Under the pieces are notes generated by a model. It had not been told where the DNA came from, did no database searches, and saw only the letters and a list, made by a program, of their open reading frames with translations. From positions 61,008,001 through 61,072,000 of the forward strand of contig NC_042998.1 of the NCBI RefSeq assembly GCF_006345805.1: DNA of 64,000 nucleotides. Direction: 5' to 3'. A program made the translations under genes and the position numbers. Position 1 is the first letter of the stretch, and every line of letters begins with the position of its first letter. The stretch is from Octopus sinensis (taxonomy: Eukaryota). Of the stretch, positions 51,979-64,000 are shown piece after piece.

Positions 51979-52477
51979 ATAGAAATGATACATTTCTAAA
52001 TCTCTCAGATTTATGAAGTAGTGATACGATAAAGTAGTTGTATGCAGCCAACTTAATGTAACAGTCCCATGAAGGAAATAATACTACTGCTATTTAGCCC
52101 TAAGAAGCAGCACCGCTTCCTGTCGGCCTTGACACATTTCCTGTGTCCTTATGTTTACAAGGGGCAGATAAGCACCTCCACCCATTGTAGGGCTAGATAG
52201 GCATCTCCAACTAGTAAGCCATGCTACTCCAGACTGAAGACGAGCTAAGACTCAGAAACTAGATGATGGCTTAGCTGGGTGGAGGGGCTTATCTCCGGCT
52301 ATAAACATAAGGACACAGGAAATGTGCCAAGGCCGACAGGAAGCGGTGCTGCTTCCTTGGGTTAAATAGCAGTAGTATTATTCCCTTCATGAGACTGTCA
52401 CATTAAGTTGACATCATACAACTACTTTATCGTATCACTACTGCATAAATCTCTCTGAGAGATTTAGAAATCTATCA

Positions 52478-52484
<7 letters not shown>
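51979..52484. mobile_element. Fold-back element with about 200-bp inverted arms
   Basis: 51979-52183 vs about 52275-52484 are near-complementary. The right end abuts (TA)n. Confidence 0.85.
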
Positions 52485-52521
<37 letters not shown>

Positions 52522-52525
52522 TGCA

Positions 52526-52692
52526 TGCGCGTGGCTTGATGGTTAGGAATTTCAGGTCATGAACATGTGAGTTCGATTCCCGGCGGTACGTTGTGTCCTC
52601 GAGCAAGACACTTAATTTCACGTTACCCCGGTCCACTCAGCTAACAAAAATGAGTAGTACCTGTATTTCACAGGGCCAGTCTTGTCACATTC
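52526..52692 (+). mobile_element. OR-like SINE 5' part
   Basis: gcgtggcttgatggttagg...gagttcgattcccggcgg...cctcgagcaagacact. Confidence 0.8.
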
Positions 52693-52833
52693 GGGTCATT
52701 CGAAGTTTTCTATCTTCAGTCAAGAACTAGATTATCCTTGCAATTTCGGCTGATTATTCTTGAGATTGCTCCTATCTGGCCAGTCCCAAGGAAAATCTTT
52801 GTTTGTGCTCATGTGTGTGGGTCAGTCTGTGTG

Positions 52834-52868
<35 letters not shown>

Positions 52869-52881
52869 CTATGCATGCATG

Positions 52882-52968
<87 letters not shown>

Positions 52969-53019
52969 TATATAGGTAGATAGATAGATAGATGATAGAT
53001 AGATAGATGATAGATAGAT

Positions 53020-53065
<46 letters not shown>

Positions 53066-53117
53066 GGATGCATAGATTTAGGTTTGTGAAAATATGTTTG
53101 TGATATATTTCAACTGC

Positions 53118-53215
53118 TGAAAGACAAATTCACTACAGTTACCAAGAAGACAATATCTCACTTATGGTAAGTAGGTGTGAAAACACCTGGTAACTGCAGT
53201 GAATTTGCCTTTTAG
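53118..53215. mobile_element. Mini fold-back (about 25-bp imperfect TIRs)
   Basis: aaagacaaattcactacagttacca / tggtaactgcagtgaatttgccttt. Confidence 0.55.
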
Positions 53216-54387
53216 CCTTTGAAATATGTCAGAAACATATTTTAACTAACTTAAATTTTGCTTATGACTAAACACTGTTTGGCGCTAACATTTCTATATA
53301 TATGTATATATATATATTTCGTTTTGGGATTTGGTTTGCAAGATTCTTTATGTGAGTTCCTGTGGTGAAGCATATTTTGTTGTGTCTGGGGAGAGTCATT
53401 TTCTTTTTGTGCCTTATAATGTAACACACTCACCGGCAAAATTTCCACTTATTTCATATTTTTATTTTCAATAGTCTTGATTCTGTCCGTTATTTACCCT
53501 GCGTTCCTTTTCGTTTGTTTGTTTGTATCAAGCACAGGGAGTCTATTGTTGGAGTGCTTAGCACATGAATATGCAGAATACATACATACAGATGCACACA
53601 CATAATATATATACATATGCATACGTGGTGGCTGCCCCCTCGTTATCGAGTATGGCCATTGCACGAAGCTTAATCAATGTTGTTATCGTGCAATGCCAGT
53701 GCAAGATTTTTTTTCAAAGTGAGGAAAGGCTGTGCACCGAGTCAATCCCACTCACTAAGCAACAGCAGCCATAATCGGAGTTATCCCAGTTACCTGAGTT
53801 ACCTTCTAGAAGGATGCCCTAACGAAGGCTAGGAGTCCTTCACTCCCAATGGTTTAACCGCGCGATCGGGTATTCAGTGCGATTATTTCTATGTCCCCGC
53901 GCTTGATACAGCCTTAAGACGTTTATTGGATGGCCGTTGACTCTCAAGAGTTTCTCCGCCCTTTGACGGGTTTTGTTTTTCATCCCACAGGATGTCCAAT
54001 AAGCACCCTCCTCACCAAGCAAAAGGTTGTACTGGGTTTCATGTTACCAGTAAAACTCGAAAGTGACCTGGGCTACAGCAAATAATAATATGCATACACA
54101 CGCATATACATACACACACATGCAAGCATACATACATACATACATACATACATACATACATACATACATGCATGCATAGGCACACACACACATACACACA
54201 AACACTGACCCACACATATGCGCACAAACAAACAGAAAGGAACGCAGTGTAAATAAGTCTATTGAAAAGTTGCAAGACACAACGAAAATTTTAGGAAAAT
54301 AAAAATAAGAAATAAGTGGAAATTTTACCGGTGAGTGTGTTCAATTATAAGGCACAAAAAGAAAATGACTTTCCCCAGACACAACAG

Positions 54388-54481
<94 letters not shown>

Positions 54482-54674
54482 TCTGGGAAGAGTCATTCTG
54501 CCTTAATGCCTTATCAATTAACACACACACCGGTTCGATTTCCACTCATATACTTATTTTTTCTAAAATTTTCGTTGCTTCTTGCAACCTCTTCAATAGT
54601 AGATGACTCTGCCCGTTATCGAAGCTGCGTTTATTTTTTGTGCGCGCGCACACACACACGCATACATATCCGTG

Positions 54675-54715
<41 letters not shown>

Positions 54716-54718
<3 letters not shown>

Positions 54719-54974
54719 AAATATTGAATTTCTAAATCTCTCGTAGAGACGTGTACGGTGGTGGGGCGATAGAATGGTTGTATACTGTCAATCTAACAAG
54801 AACGTGACAGTAGGGGGTACACCACCGGTGTATAGCCCTAGGAAGCATCGAACGTCTCCTAGCCCTAGGAAGCATCGAACGCCTCCTGATAGGAGACGTT
54901 CGATGCTTCCTAGGGCTATACAGCGGTGGTGTACCCCCTACTGTCACGTTCTTGTTAGATTGACAGTATACAAC

Positions 54975-54982
<8 letters not shown>
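54716..54982. mobile_element. Fold-back related to 51979-52484, both ends at (TA)n
   Basis: Near-perfect about 90-bp arms (54769-54860 / 54890-54982). Shares tttctaaatctctc, gttgtat.ctgtcaat and tagccct.ggaagca with the larger element. Confidence 0.85.
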
Positions 54983-55007
<25 letters not shown>

Positions 55008-55565
55008 GGGAAAGTTTACGAAAATAAACAAAAGACGAAGGCAGGTGGTGTACAAACAAACAGATGTATTAGTATAGCGCTCAGGAATAGAAAAAGTCTT
55101 TTACGTTTCGAGCCTACGCTCTTCTACAGAAAGATACAGAGAAAAAAACAAGGAGAGAAAAAAATGTGTGTAGTAGCTAACAATCTATCATGTTTGTATG
55201 TATGTGTATACACACCCACATATTTATATATATGAAAGCATATACATACATATGCATGCATATCTCTGTATGTATGCGCATTTGTGAATATTTTGTTTTG
55301 TTTGGGGACAGAGAACGATAAAAACACCTTTAGGTAAATATATAACGCTTTGATCTTGACCAAAAGGCCGAGAAGTGAAGGTAAATATATAACAAAGCGC
55401 AATCAGCATAGGACATTTACCTTTCAAAACCGCTCATCTTTCCTATTGCTGTTATCGGTTTTATTGATGATGATTTTGTTGTGATTGTTGTCGATATTGT
55501 TACAGCCGTTGTTGCTGTCGTCGTGGTCGTCGTCGTCGTCGTTGTTGCTGTTTAGTCCCAAGTCT

Positions 55566-56053
55566 AGGCGCAGGAGTGGCTGTGTGGTAAGTAGCTTGTT
55601 TACCAGCCACATGGTTCCGGGTTCAGTTCCACTGCGTGGCACCTTGGGCAAATGTCTTCTACTATAGCCTCGGGCCGACCAAAGCCTTGTGAGTGGATTT
55701 GGTAGACGGAAAACTGAAAGAAGCCCGTCGTATATATGTATATATATATATATATATATTTATTTTATAGAAGGAGCTTCTACAGGACTAGAACTGTTTC
55801 ATTCAAATGAAATCATCAGGAAAATTCGCTAGGATCGAAGCCGATTCGCTGTTTAATTCGCTTATCGATTTCTTCGTGTATTTTTATTAATGCAATTGCA
55901 TTTCATGTTTTTCCTGATGATTTCATTTGAATGAAACAGTTCTAGTCCTGTAGAAGCTCCTTCTACAAAATAAATTAATTTACTCTGCTATGTATTGAGT
56001 ACCTTATTTACTGTGGTTAACCCCGACTCAACTCGGGACCTATATATATATAT

Positions 56054-56111
<58 letters not shown>

Positions 56112-56359
56112 GTGTGTGTGTGCGTGTATGTTTGTGTGTCTGTGTTTGTCCCCCTAGCATTGCTTGACAACCGATGCTGGTGTGTTTATGTCCCCGTTAC
56201 TTAGCGGTTCGGCAAAAGAAACCGATAGAATAAGTACTCGTCTTACAAAAGAATAAATCCCGGGGTCGAGTTGCTCGATTAAAGGCGGTGCTCCAGCATG
56301 GCCGCAGTCAAATGACTGAAACAAGAAAAAGAGTAAAAGAGTAAAGAGTAAAGAGTAAG
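55566..56359 (+). mobile_element. OK-like SINE split by an insertion in its internal (TA)n
   Basis: Head 55566-55735, tail about 56095-56359 ending in (GAGTAAA)n. Confidence 0.9.
55758..56040. mobile_element. Asymmetric hairpin insertion (PLE-like terminus) in (TA)n
   Basis: 67-bp arms 55758-55824 / 55909-55975 with one mismatch. The right arm continues 65 nt to (TA)n. Contains CTGATGA-ttcatttgaa-t-GAAACAGTT. Confidence 0.75.
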
Positions 56360-56819
56360 CCATCCGTCTTCAAGCAGATTTGTAATCATAAACGCTCTAT
56401 CCATGACCAACCAACCTTTTTCCCAGCCATAGTGAATATCAAAGACGTGACGTTTCCACTGGAATATAGTTCGAGGGCGATTTAGTTGCTTTTTCTAGCA
56501 GGCCGCTTGACACGTGGATAATCCCTCCTTTGTCGTTGTTAGTATTTTTGTTGTATTTCTTTCAGCTTTAGAACATTGTCCTTACAACATTTATCTCGCT
56601 AGGATCGAAGCCAATTCGCTGTTTAATTCGCTTATCGATTTCTTCGTGTATTTTTATTAATACAATTGCATTTCATGTAGTTGTTGTTGAAGCGATTGTT
56701 ATTGTGGTCGTTGTGGCTACTGCTGCTGTTGCTGTTGGTGTTGGTGTTGTTGTTATGTTGTTGTTGTTGTTGTTGACGATGGCGGCGGCGACGACCACGA
56801 CGATGACGATGATGATAAC

Positions 56820-57110
56820 AATGCTGTGAATGAGGAAGGGGAGGAGCAGGAGCAGGAGCAGGAGCAGTGGCAGGAGGAGGAATAGGAGGAGCAGGAGGAG
56901 GAATAGGAGGAATATGAGGAGCAGGAAGGGCAGGAGCAGGAGCAGGAGAAGGAGGGACTGGAGTAGGAGGAGGAGGAGGAGTAATAGGAGGAATAGGAGG
57001 AGCAGGAGCAGGAGAAGGAGGAACTGGAGGAGGAGGAGGGGGAATAGGAGGAATAGAAGGGCAGGAGTAGGAGCAGGAGAAGGAGGAACTGGAGGAGGAG
57101 AAGGAGGAGG
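56820..57110. repeat. Purine-rich (GGA/GCA/ATA) low-complexity repeat
   Basis: aggagcagg / aggaatagg units. Source of the spurious Pro-rich and Arg-rich ORFs. Confidence 0.9.
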
Positions 57111-58345
57111 TTATCGCTGTTGAAGCTATTGACATTGTTGTTATTTCTGTTGCTGTTGCTGCTGTTATGTAATCGATTATGTTGTTTTTAACTATATTTG
57201 TTGCTTCTATTTTTATTGGGTATTTTTCTTAAGTTTTTCTTGTTGTTGTGTTTGTTGTTATTGTTGCAGTTAACGCTGCTTCTGCTGTGCTTTTAGACCC
57301 ATGTCACGCCTCATTGAACAGATTTATGATCAAAGGCATTCCACAATGCTTGTTTTTGTTTTTGTTCATTTTTTCGGTTTTCGGATTTTTTTTTCTTTTT
57401 CCTACCCGTCCCCCCCCCACTTGTCCTTTTAAGACAGCTAGGAATGACTTGATGCAGATTTGGCTGCTATTTCCAAAAGGTCAAGCGTCCACATTGAAGC
57501 TCCTTCAATGTTGATTTTGCTGTTGTTATTTATTAAGTTCTTTTGTTGCTATAGTTTTTGCTGCTTTGGTTTTGAGAGTGAAGGTTTCATAGTAGCTGCT
57601 CAAGACCCATGCTACTGCTGGTGTTGTGGTGGCACAACTGTAGTAGTAATAGTAGTAGTGGTGGTGGTGGTCTGGCGATGGTGATTTTGGTGGTGGTTGT
57701 TGTGGAGCTGGTCGTGGTGGTGGTCGTATAATGGTAGTGGTTTTGGTTTTGGTGGTGGTGGTGGTCGTCGTCGTCATCGTCGTCTTCGTCGTGACGTTCG
57801 TGGGGACGGTGGCGGTGAGAGGGTGGTGGTCGTGTGATGGTCGTGGTAGTGGTGGTAGTGGGGGGGGGGGTCGTGGTGGCGAAGAGGATGAGGATGGTGA
57901 TGTTAGTGCTGCTACGGGTGCTTTGGGATGGTGCCGGTGGTACTTCTGGTTGTTCTGTCGGTAGTATTGGTGGTGCTGGTAGGGATTTTGATGTCGATAG
58001 TGGTGATGATGCTGATGGTAATTTTGATGGCAATGATAGTGTGATGGTGTTGGTAATGGTAGTGACATTTGTGATGGTAGTGGTAGTAGTGCTGGTGATA
58101 GATGTGATGGTGGTGGTACCGGAGGTGGTTTGCTATTTGTATTTACCTTCCAAACTAGTCTCTATCAAACTAAGCTCTAACATTTAGTCACCAAACCATC
58201 ATTAGACGGTCTGCAACATAAATATTGGCTTAATCAATATAGCCAATACTCACTACCTTATCCAATTACACTAATCCTTAATGACGTTATTTAAAACCAT
58301 CCCTACGTTTCTTCGATATTTGGACAAACGCTAGAGTAAGTAAAA

Positions 58346-58424
<79 letters not shown>

Positions 58425-58427
<3 letters not shown>

Positions 58428-58981
58428 GCCCTGATGCAGTACCAGGCAGTGGCTCTCATGGCTTCTGATCTTAACTGATTGGAAGTGTTATCATGTACAT
58501 TGTTTTGTCTTGGTATAAAAGATGGGCTACAGCAAATATTCTGCTCAATACCACAGATTTGCTTGTCAGTTGTTTGACCTTAACCAGTTGAGCATGTCCC
58601 TTAGTGGCTGACGATATGTGCATCTCTGATCACGAGCAGAAGTAGTGGGGGAGCATCATAGCCATGTGTTGAGAGGGATTCTTTGGGGTTTGAATAATTC
58701 ACCTCTGGAAACATGGGTGGTTCTTTCAACGTCCTTAAACAACCCTTATTCAGGGACCTTTTGAGCGGGATGGGTTACTCGATCTGAAGAAAATTCTAAC
58801 TGGGCCCCACCTGTAAGGTCATGTGCTGTTTATCTTGATATGAGATCACTATGTCGCGCACATATGGTTGTGATGCATGTGCCTGGTGTACCCTTACCAG
58901 ACGGGTAGTCATGATGGGTATATTGGGCTTCGTATATTTTACCCCAGTGTCACTTTGATGGCATGCACTGCTCTCTCACTC
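58425..58981 (+). mobile_element. 557-bp ORF-less element embedded in (TAA)n, copy 1
   Basis: Highly similar to 62991-63547. TAA arrays on both sides. Confidence 0.85.
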
Positions 58982-59059
<78 letters not shown>

Positions 59060-59074
59060 AGTAATGATGATGAT

Positions 59075-59392
59075 ATGAATGTTGTGAGTGAAGAGGTTGA
59101 AAAAATCACCTGGTACTCTGAATTGAAAGTGGAAATGGCAAGACTGTATGGAATGCGAGAGAGTAATGTAAAAGTGATACCAGCGGTGATCGGAGCGTTG
59201 GGCTTAATTCCATTGAAACTTCAAATCTTCTTAAGACAACTGGAAAGCCCATGCAACATTGATGCAAAAAGCAGCTTTATTGGGCACAGCGCACATGTTA
59301 AGGAAAGTATTATCTGTCCGAGGTCCTTGTTGTGACTTGACAGATGACTAAAAACTCCGATGCATTTTTACCTGCACTGTATTACGAAGGAC
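59075..59392 (+). mobile_element. Dong-like LINE extreme tail
   Basis: EKITWYSELKVEMARLY...VIPAVIGALG. Confidence 0.75.
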
Positions 59393-59446
<54 letters not shown>

Positions 59447-59451
59447 ACACT

Positions 59452-60295
59452 CACCAATGGTTACGAAGCTCAGGGCTAAAAGCAGAGAGTGAAGGTTTCA
59501 TAGTAGCTGCTCAAGACCAAAGCTTATTAACCCGGAACTACCAAGCCAATGTGATGAAAAATGGAGCTGACCCAAAATGCCGATTCTGTAACGATGAGAT
59601 TGAAACAATAGACCACCTAATCTCAGGGTGTAGAGTCTTAGCACCTGCAGAATATAAAGCAAGACATGACAGAGTCGGTCAGTATTTACATTGGACAATA
59701 TGTCGGCATTATAAAATCAAAACCGCTGACGAATGGTATAAACATCATCCTGAAGCTGTGACTGAGGGAGAAAATGTGTCGATCCTATGGGACTTCTTCG
59801 TGCAGACCGACAAGGCTATAAAAGCTAATAAACCGGATATTATTATAAAAGATCAGACAAAAAGGATGTGTTTATTAATTGACATGAGTATTCCCTGTGA
59901 TCACAATATAGCGGCGAAAGAATTTGACAAGATTAGTAAATATAAAGACTTGCTAATAGAAATTGAAAAAATGTGGCATCTCAAGGCATTGTAGGATCTC
60001 TAGGAATGATAAAAAAAGGTACTGAAACCTATTTGAAAATGATTCCAGGCTCACCGTCCCTACAGGAAGTGCAAAAAGTCGTACTAAATGGAACGGCTCA
60101 TGTACTGAGAAGAGCACTATCGCTGTGAAAATAACATCCATCCATGAATTTATTTATTTATTAATTTTTAAATACATATTTTATCTGTGAATTTGCGCGT
60201 GTAATCTGGGAATGCATACAATGCCCTTCTCTGCCCTAGGTGTATGGAAAACACTCGGCGAGAAACGGAAGAAAATTTGAAGAAAGAAGGAAAAA
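59452..60295 (+). mobile_element. Dong-like LINE 3' fragment (CCHC plus RLE plus 3'UTR)
   Basis: WLRSSGLKAESEGFIVAAQDQ, CRFCNDEIETIDHLISGC and KPDIIIKD..CLLIDMSIP..KISKYKDL. Confidence 0.92.
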
Positions 60296-60351
60296 AAAAA
60301 AAAAAAATAATAATATAATAATATAATAAAATAATAATAATAATAATGATG

Positions 60352-60398
<47 letters not shown>

Positions 60399-60414
60399 TT
60401 ATAATAAAATAATA

Positions 60415-60490
<76 letters not shown>

Positions 60491-60504
60491 TAATAATAAT
60501 AATA

Positions 60505-60543
<39 letters not shown>

Positions 60544-60547
60544 TAAT

Positions 60548-62900
60548 AAGGCACCTGGGCATGACAAGATCCCCAACTTCTGGTTGAAATATCTAACAGG
60601 AATGCACAAAAGCTGGCTGAAAACTTTAACAGCATACTAGCAGAGCCAGAGACAATGCCTGAATGGCTCACGAAGGGAAAACCATCTTAATTCCCAAATC
60701 AAATGAAACAACAAAACCAGAAAACTACAGACCAATAACCTGCCTCCCTACTATGTTCAAGGCATTTACTGCAGTGATATCGCAAAGGCTGAACAAGCAC
60801 CTGGACGAAAACAAACTGTTCCCAGAAGAGCAGAAAGGATGCCGCAAAGGCTCATATGGCTGTAAAGATCAACTAATGATTAATAAAGCCGTAACTGAAG
60901 ACAGCCACAGAAAGAAGAAAGGCCTCAGTATGGCCTGGATTGACTACAAAAAGGCGTTTGATAGCCCCCCACACATGGATCCTCGAAACACTAGCCATAA
61001 CAAAGTAGCACCAACAATCATAAAATTCATAGAGCACTCTATGAATAAATGGCAAACAGTCCTACACCTCCAAACAAAAGAAGGACTCGTGAAAACCAAA
61101 GACATCCCCATTAGAAGAGGAATATTCCAGGGAGACACGCTCTCTCCACTCCTTTTCTGCTTGGCACTGTCACCTCTATCTGATATGCTAAATAGAACTG
61201 GATGCGGATATAAATGTTACGGCAAAACGATCAGCCACCTTTTATATATGGATGACCTAAAACTATACGCTGCAAATGAAAAACAGCTGGAAACACTATT
61301 AAAGACAGTTCATGGATTTACCAAAGAAATAGATATGAAATTTGGATTAGAAAAATGCGCCAAAGTAACCATGAAAAGAGGAAAACTAGTTAAGAGTAAC
61401 AACATCACACTAGATAAAACCAATGAAATAAAAGAATTAGACCAAAGCCAAACTTACAAATACTTAGGAATCCATGAACTAGATAAGACACAACACACAC
61501 AAATGAAAGAGAAAATAAAAAAAGAATATTATAGACGAGTTAGATCAATACTAAAAACAGAGCTCAATGCTAAAAACAAGATAATAGGTATCAACATTAG
61601 CTGTCCCAGTTATAAGTTACAGCTACAATATCCTTAACTGGACACGAAATGAACTGTCCAAAATAGATAGGAAAACAAGAAAAATACTGACAGGATCTAG
61701 GATACATCACCCAAAATCTGACATAGAAAGACTATATATACAACGTATAGAAGATGGTAGAGGCCTTATACAGCTGGAAAACTACTATAAATAACCACCA
61801 TAGGACTGCAAAAATACCTACTTCAGAAGGAAGGAAAACTGATCCAGATAGCAGCAAAACACGAGAAAAACAAAAAACTGTTCTCAGTATTTAAGGAAGC
61901 TGACAAATACAAACAAGAAATCATACCACCTAATAAACACAAAGAAGAAGAAGAAGATGATGAAGAAACAACAAAAGCTATAAAACAAATGAAATCCAAA
62001 CTAAAAATAGAACAGCAACGAGCCATGATAAAACGATGGCAAGAAAAGCCCCTTCATGGTAAATACTGCACTAAACTAAACGCAAAAGAAATAGACAAAG
62101 AAAAATCCCAGCAATGGTTGAGAAGCTCAGGACTCAAAGCAGAGACAGAGGGATTTTTAATTGCAGCACAAGACCAAAGCCTCCCCACCAGAAATTACCA
62201 AAAACATGTAATGAAAAGAAATATTACAAGTAACTGCAGAATATGTGGAGATGGACAAGAAACAATAAATCATATTATCTCTAGCTGCCCAGTCCTGGCT
62301 AAGAAGGAATATATTCACAGACATGACAGAGTTGGAACCTACATACATTGGAAGCTATGCCAACATTATGGAATAACAACAGAAAAAGATGGTATAGGCA
62401 CACACCAGAAAAGGTCACAGAAAACGAGAAAGCAACCATACTCTGGGATATGCCGATACACACAGATAGAGAAATTAAGGCCAACAGACCAGATATAGTT
62501 GTCAGAGATCATGAAGAAAAAAATGCTTTCTAATTGATGTATCAATACCGGCAGATGACAACGTGTCTCTAAAAGAAATGGAGAAACTCTCAAAATACAA
62601 AGACCTGGAAATAGAGGTAACTAGAATGTGGAACCTGAAAACAGAAACAATTCCTATCATAGTAGGTGCATTAGGCATGATAAAAAAATATCAGACACAT
62701 ACATAACAAAAAAAACACCAGGACTTACAAACACATATAACATACAGAAAATTGCACTACTAGGCACTGCACACATCCTACGCAGAACACTTTCCATACA
62801 ATAACCATCAGAGCATCACAACAAATCACAGCACATACCCAAGGCACACAGAGCTGCGCTCGGTAGTGAAGTGAAAGCACCTATAAAAATAAAACTACTG
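60548..62900 (+). mobile_element. 5'-truncated R4/Dong-like LINE (RT-CCHC-RLE), 2.35 kb, between (TAA)n arrays
   Basis: KAPGHDKIPNFWLK, YRPITCLP, WIDYKKAFDS, RGIFQGDTLSPLLF, HLLYMDDLKLYA, CRICGDGQETINHIISSC and RPDIV. A few frameshifts. Confidence 0.95.
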
Positions 62901-62910
62901 AATAATGATA

Positions 62911-62990
<80 letters not shown>

Positions 62991-62991
<1 letters not shown>

Positions 62992-63547
62992 ATGCCCTGA
63001 TGCAGTACCAGGCAGTGGCTCTCATGGCTTCTGATCTTAACTGATTGGAAGTGTTATCATGTACGTTGTTTTGTCTTGGTATAAAAGATGGGCTACAGCA
63101 AATATTCTGCTCAATACCACAGATTTGTTTGTCAGTTGTTTGACCTTAACCAGTTGAGCATGTCCCTTAGTGACTGACGATATGTGCATCTCTGATCACA
63201 AGCAGAAGTAGTGGGGGAGCATCATAGCCATGTGTTGAGAGGGATTCTTTGGGGTTTGAATAATTCACCTCTGGAAACATGGGTGGTTCTTTCAACATCC
63301 TTAAACAACCCTTATTCAGGGACCTTTTGAGAGGGATGGGCTACTCAACCTGAAGAAAATTCTAACTGGGCCCCACCTGCAAGGTCATGTGCTGTTTATC
63401 TTGATATGAGATCATCATGTCGCGCACATATGGTTGTGATGCATGTGCCTGGTGTACCTTTATCAGACGGGTAGTCATGATGGGTATATTGGGCTTCGTA
63501 TATTTTACCCCAGTGTCACTTTGATGGCATGCACTGCTCTCTCACTC
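62991..63547 (+). mobile_element. 557-bp ORF-less element embedded in (TAA)n, copy 2
   Basis: See 58425-58981. Confidence 0.85.
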
Positions 63548-63590
63548 AATAATAATAATAATAATGATAATAATAATAATAATAATAATG

Positions 63591-63695
<105 letters not shown>

Positions 63696-63698
63696 GTG

Positions 63699-63785
<87 letters not shown>

Positions 63786-63788
<3 letters not shown>

Positions 63789-64000
63789 TAAGTGGTATAA
63801 TCACCACTCTCAATCTGTAACTGAAGGAGAAAATGTAACGATTCTGTGGGACTTTCCACTACATACAGACCGAACCGTCAAAGCCAATAAACCGGATATC
63901 GTTGTGAAAGACCAAAACAATATATGAGCATCCCCTGGGATCATAATATCTCGGCGAAAGAGTTTGACAAGCTCAGAAAATATAAAGACCTGCTCATTGA
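63786..64000 (+). mobile_element. Dong-like RLE fragment (family of 59452), runs off the window
   Basis: VTEGENVTILWDF..TDRTVKANKPDIVVKDQ. Confidence 0.85.

Noticed and set aside
56632-58187. Pro-rich, Arg-rich and His/Thr-rich ORFs (extensin/mucin-like)
   Set aside because: Products of GGA/GGT/GTT low-complexity repeats, open in several frames on both strands.

Overview
Repeat-saturated, AT-rich eukaryotic DNA, most likely octopus/cephalopod. That assignment is inferred from the tRNA-derived SINE families and the very dense microsatellites. No host gene can be confidently assembled; only a few weak candidate exons are visible. The main element is a near-complete Penelope-like retroelement (PLE, Neptune-type RT plus C-terminal GIY-YIG) on the minus strand at about 7.8-11.9 kb, with an inverted partial copy to about 12.96 kb. 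It carries an intact 448-aa upstream ORF that overlaps the RT frame at an in-phase U UUU UUA slippery heptamer (possible gag-pol-like -1 frameshift), and minimal hammerhead ribozymes in its terminal repeats. The rest of the window holds many (TA)n-anchored fold-back/PLE-like termini with hammerhead-like cores and an ORF1-only CCHC element tied to a fold-back family. It also holds co-oriented trains of R4/Dong-like RLE LINEs plus a 557-bp ORF-less element in (TAA)n arrays, RTE, mariner and Tc1 relics, an 8-bp-TSD MITE, and about 15 SINEs. Most six-frame ORFs are microsatellite translation artefacts.
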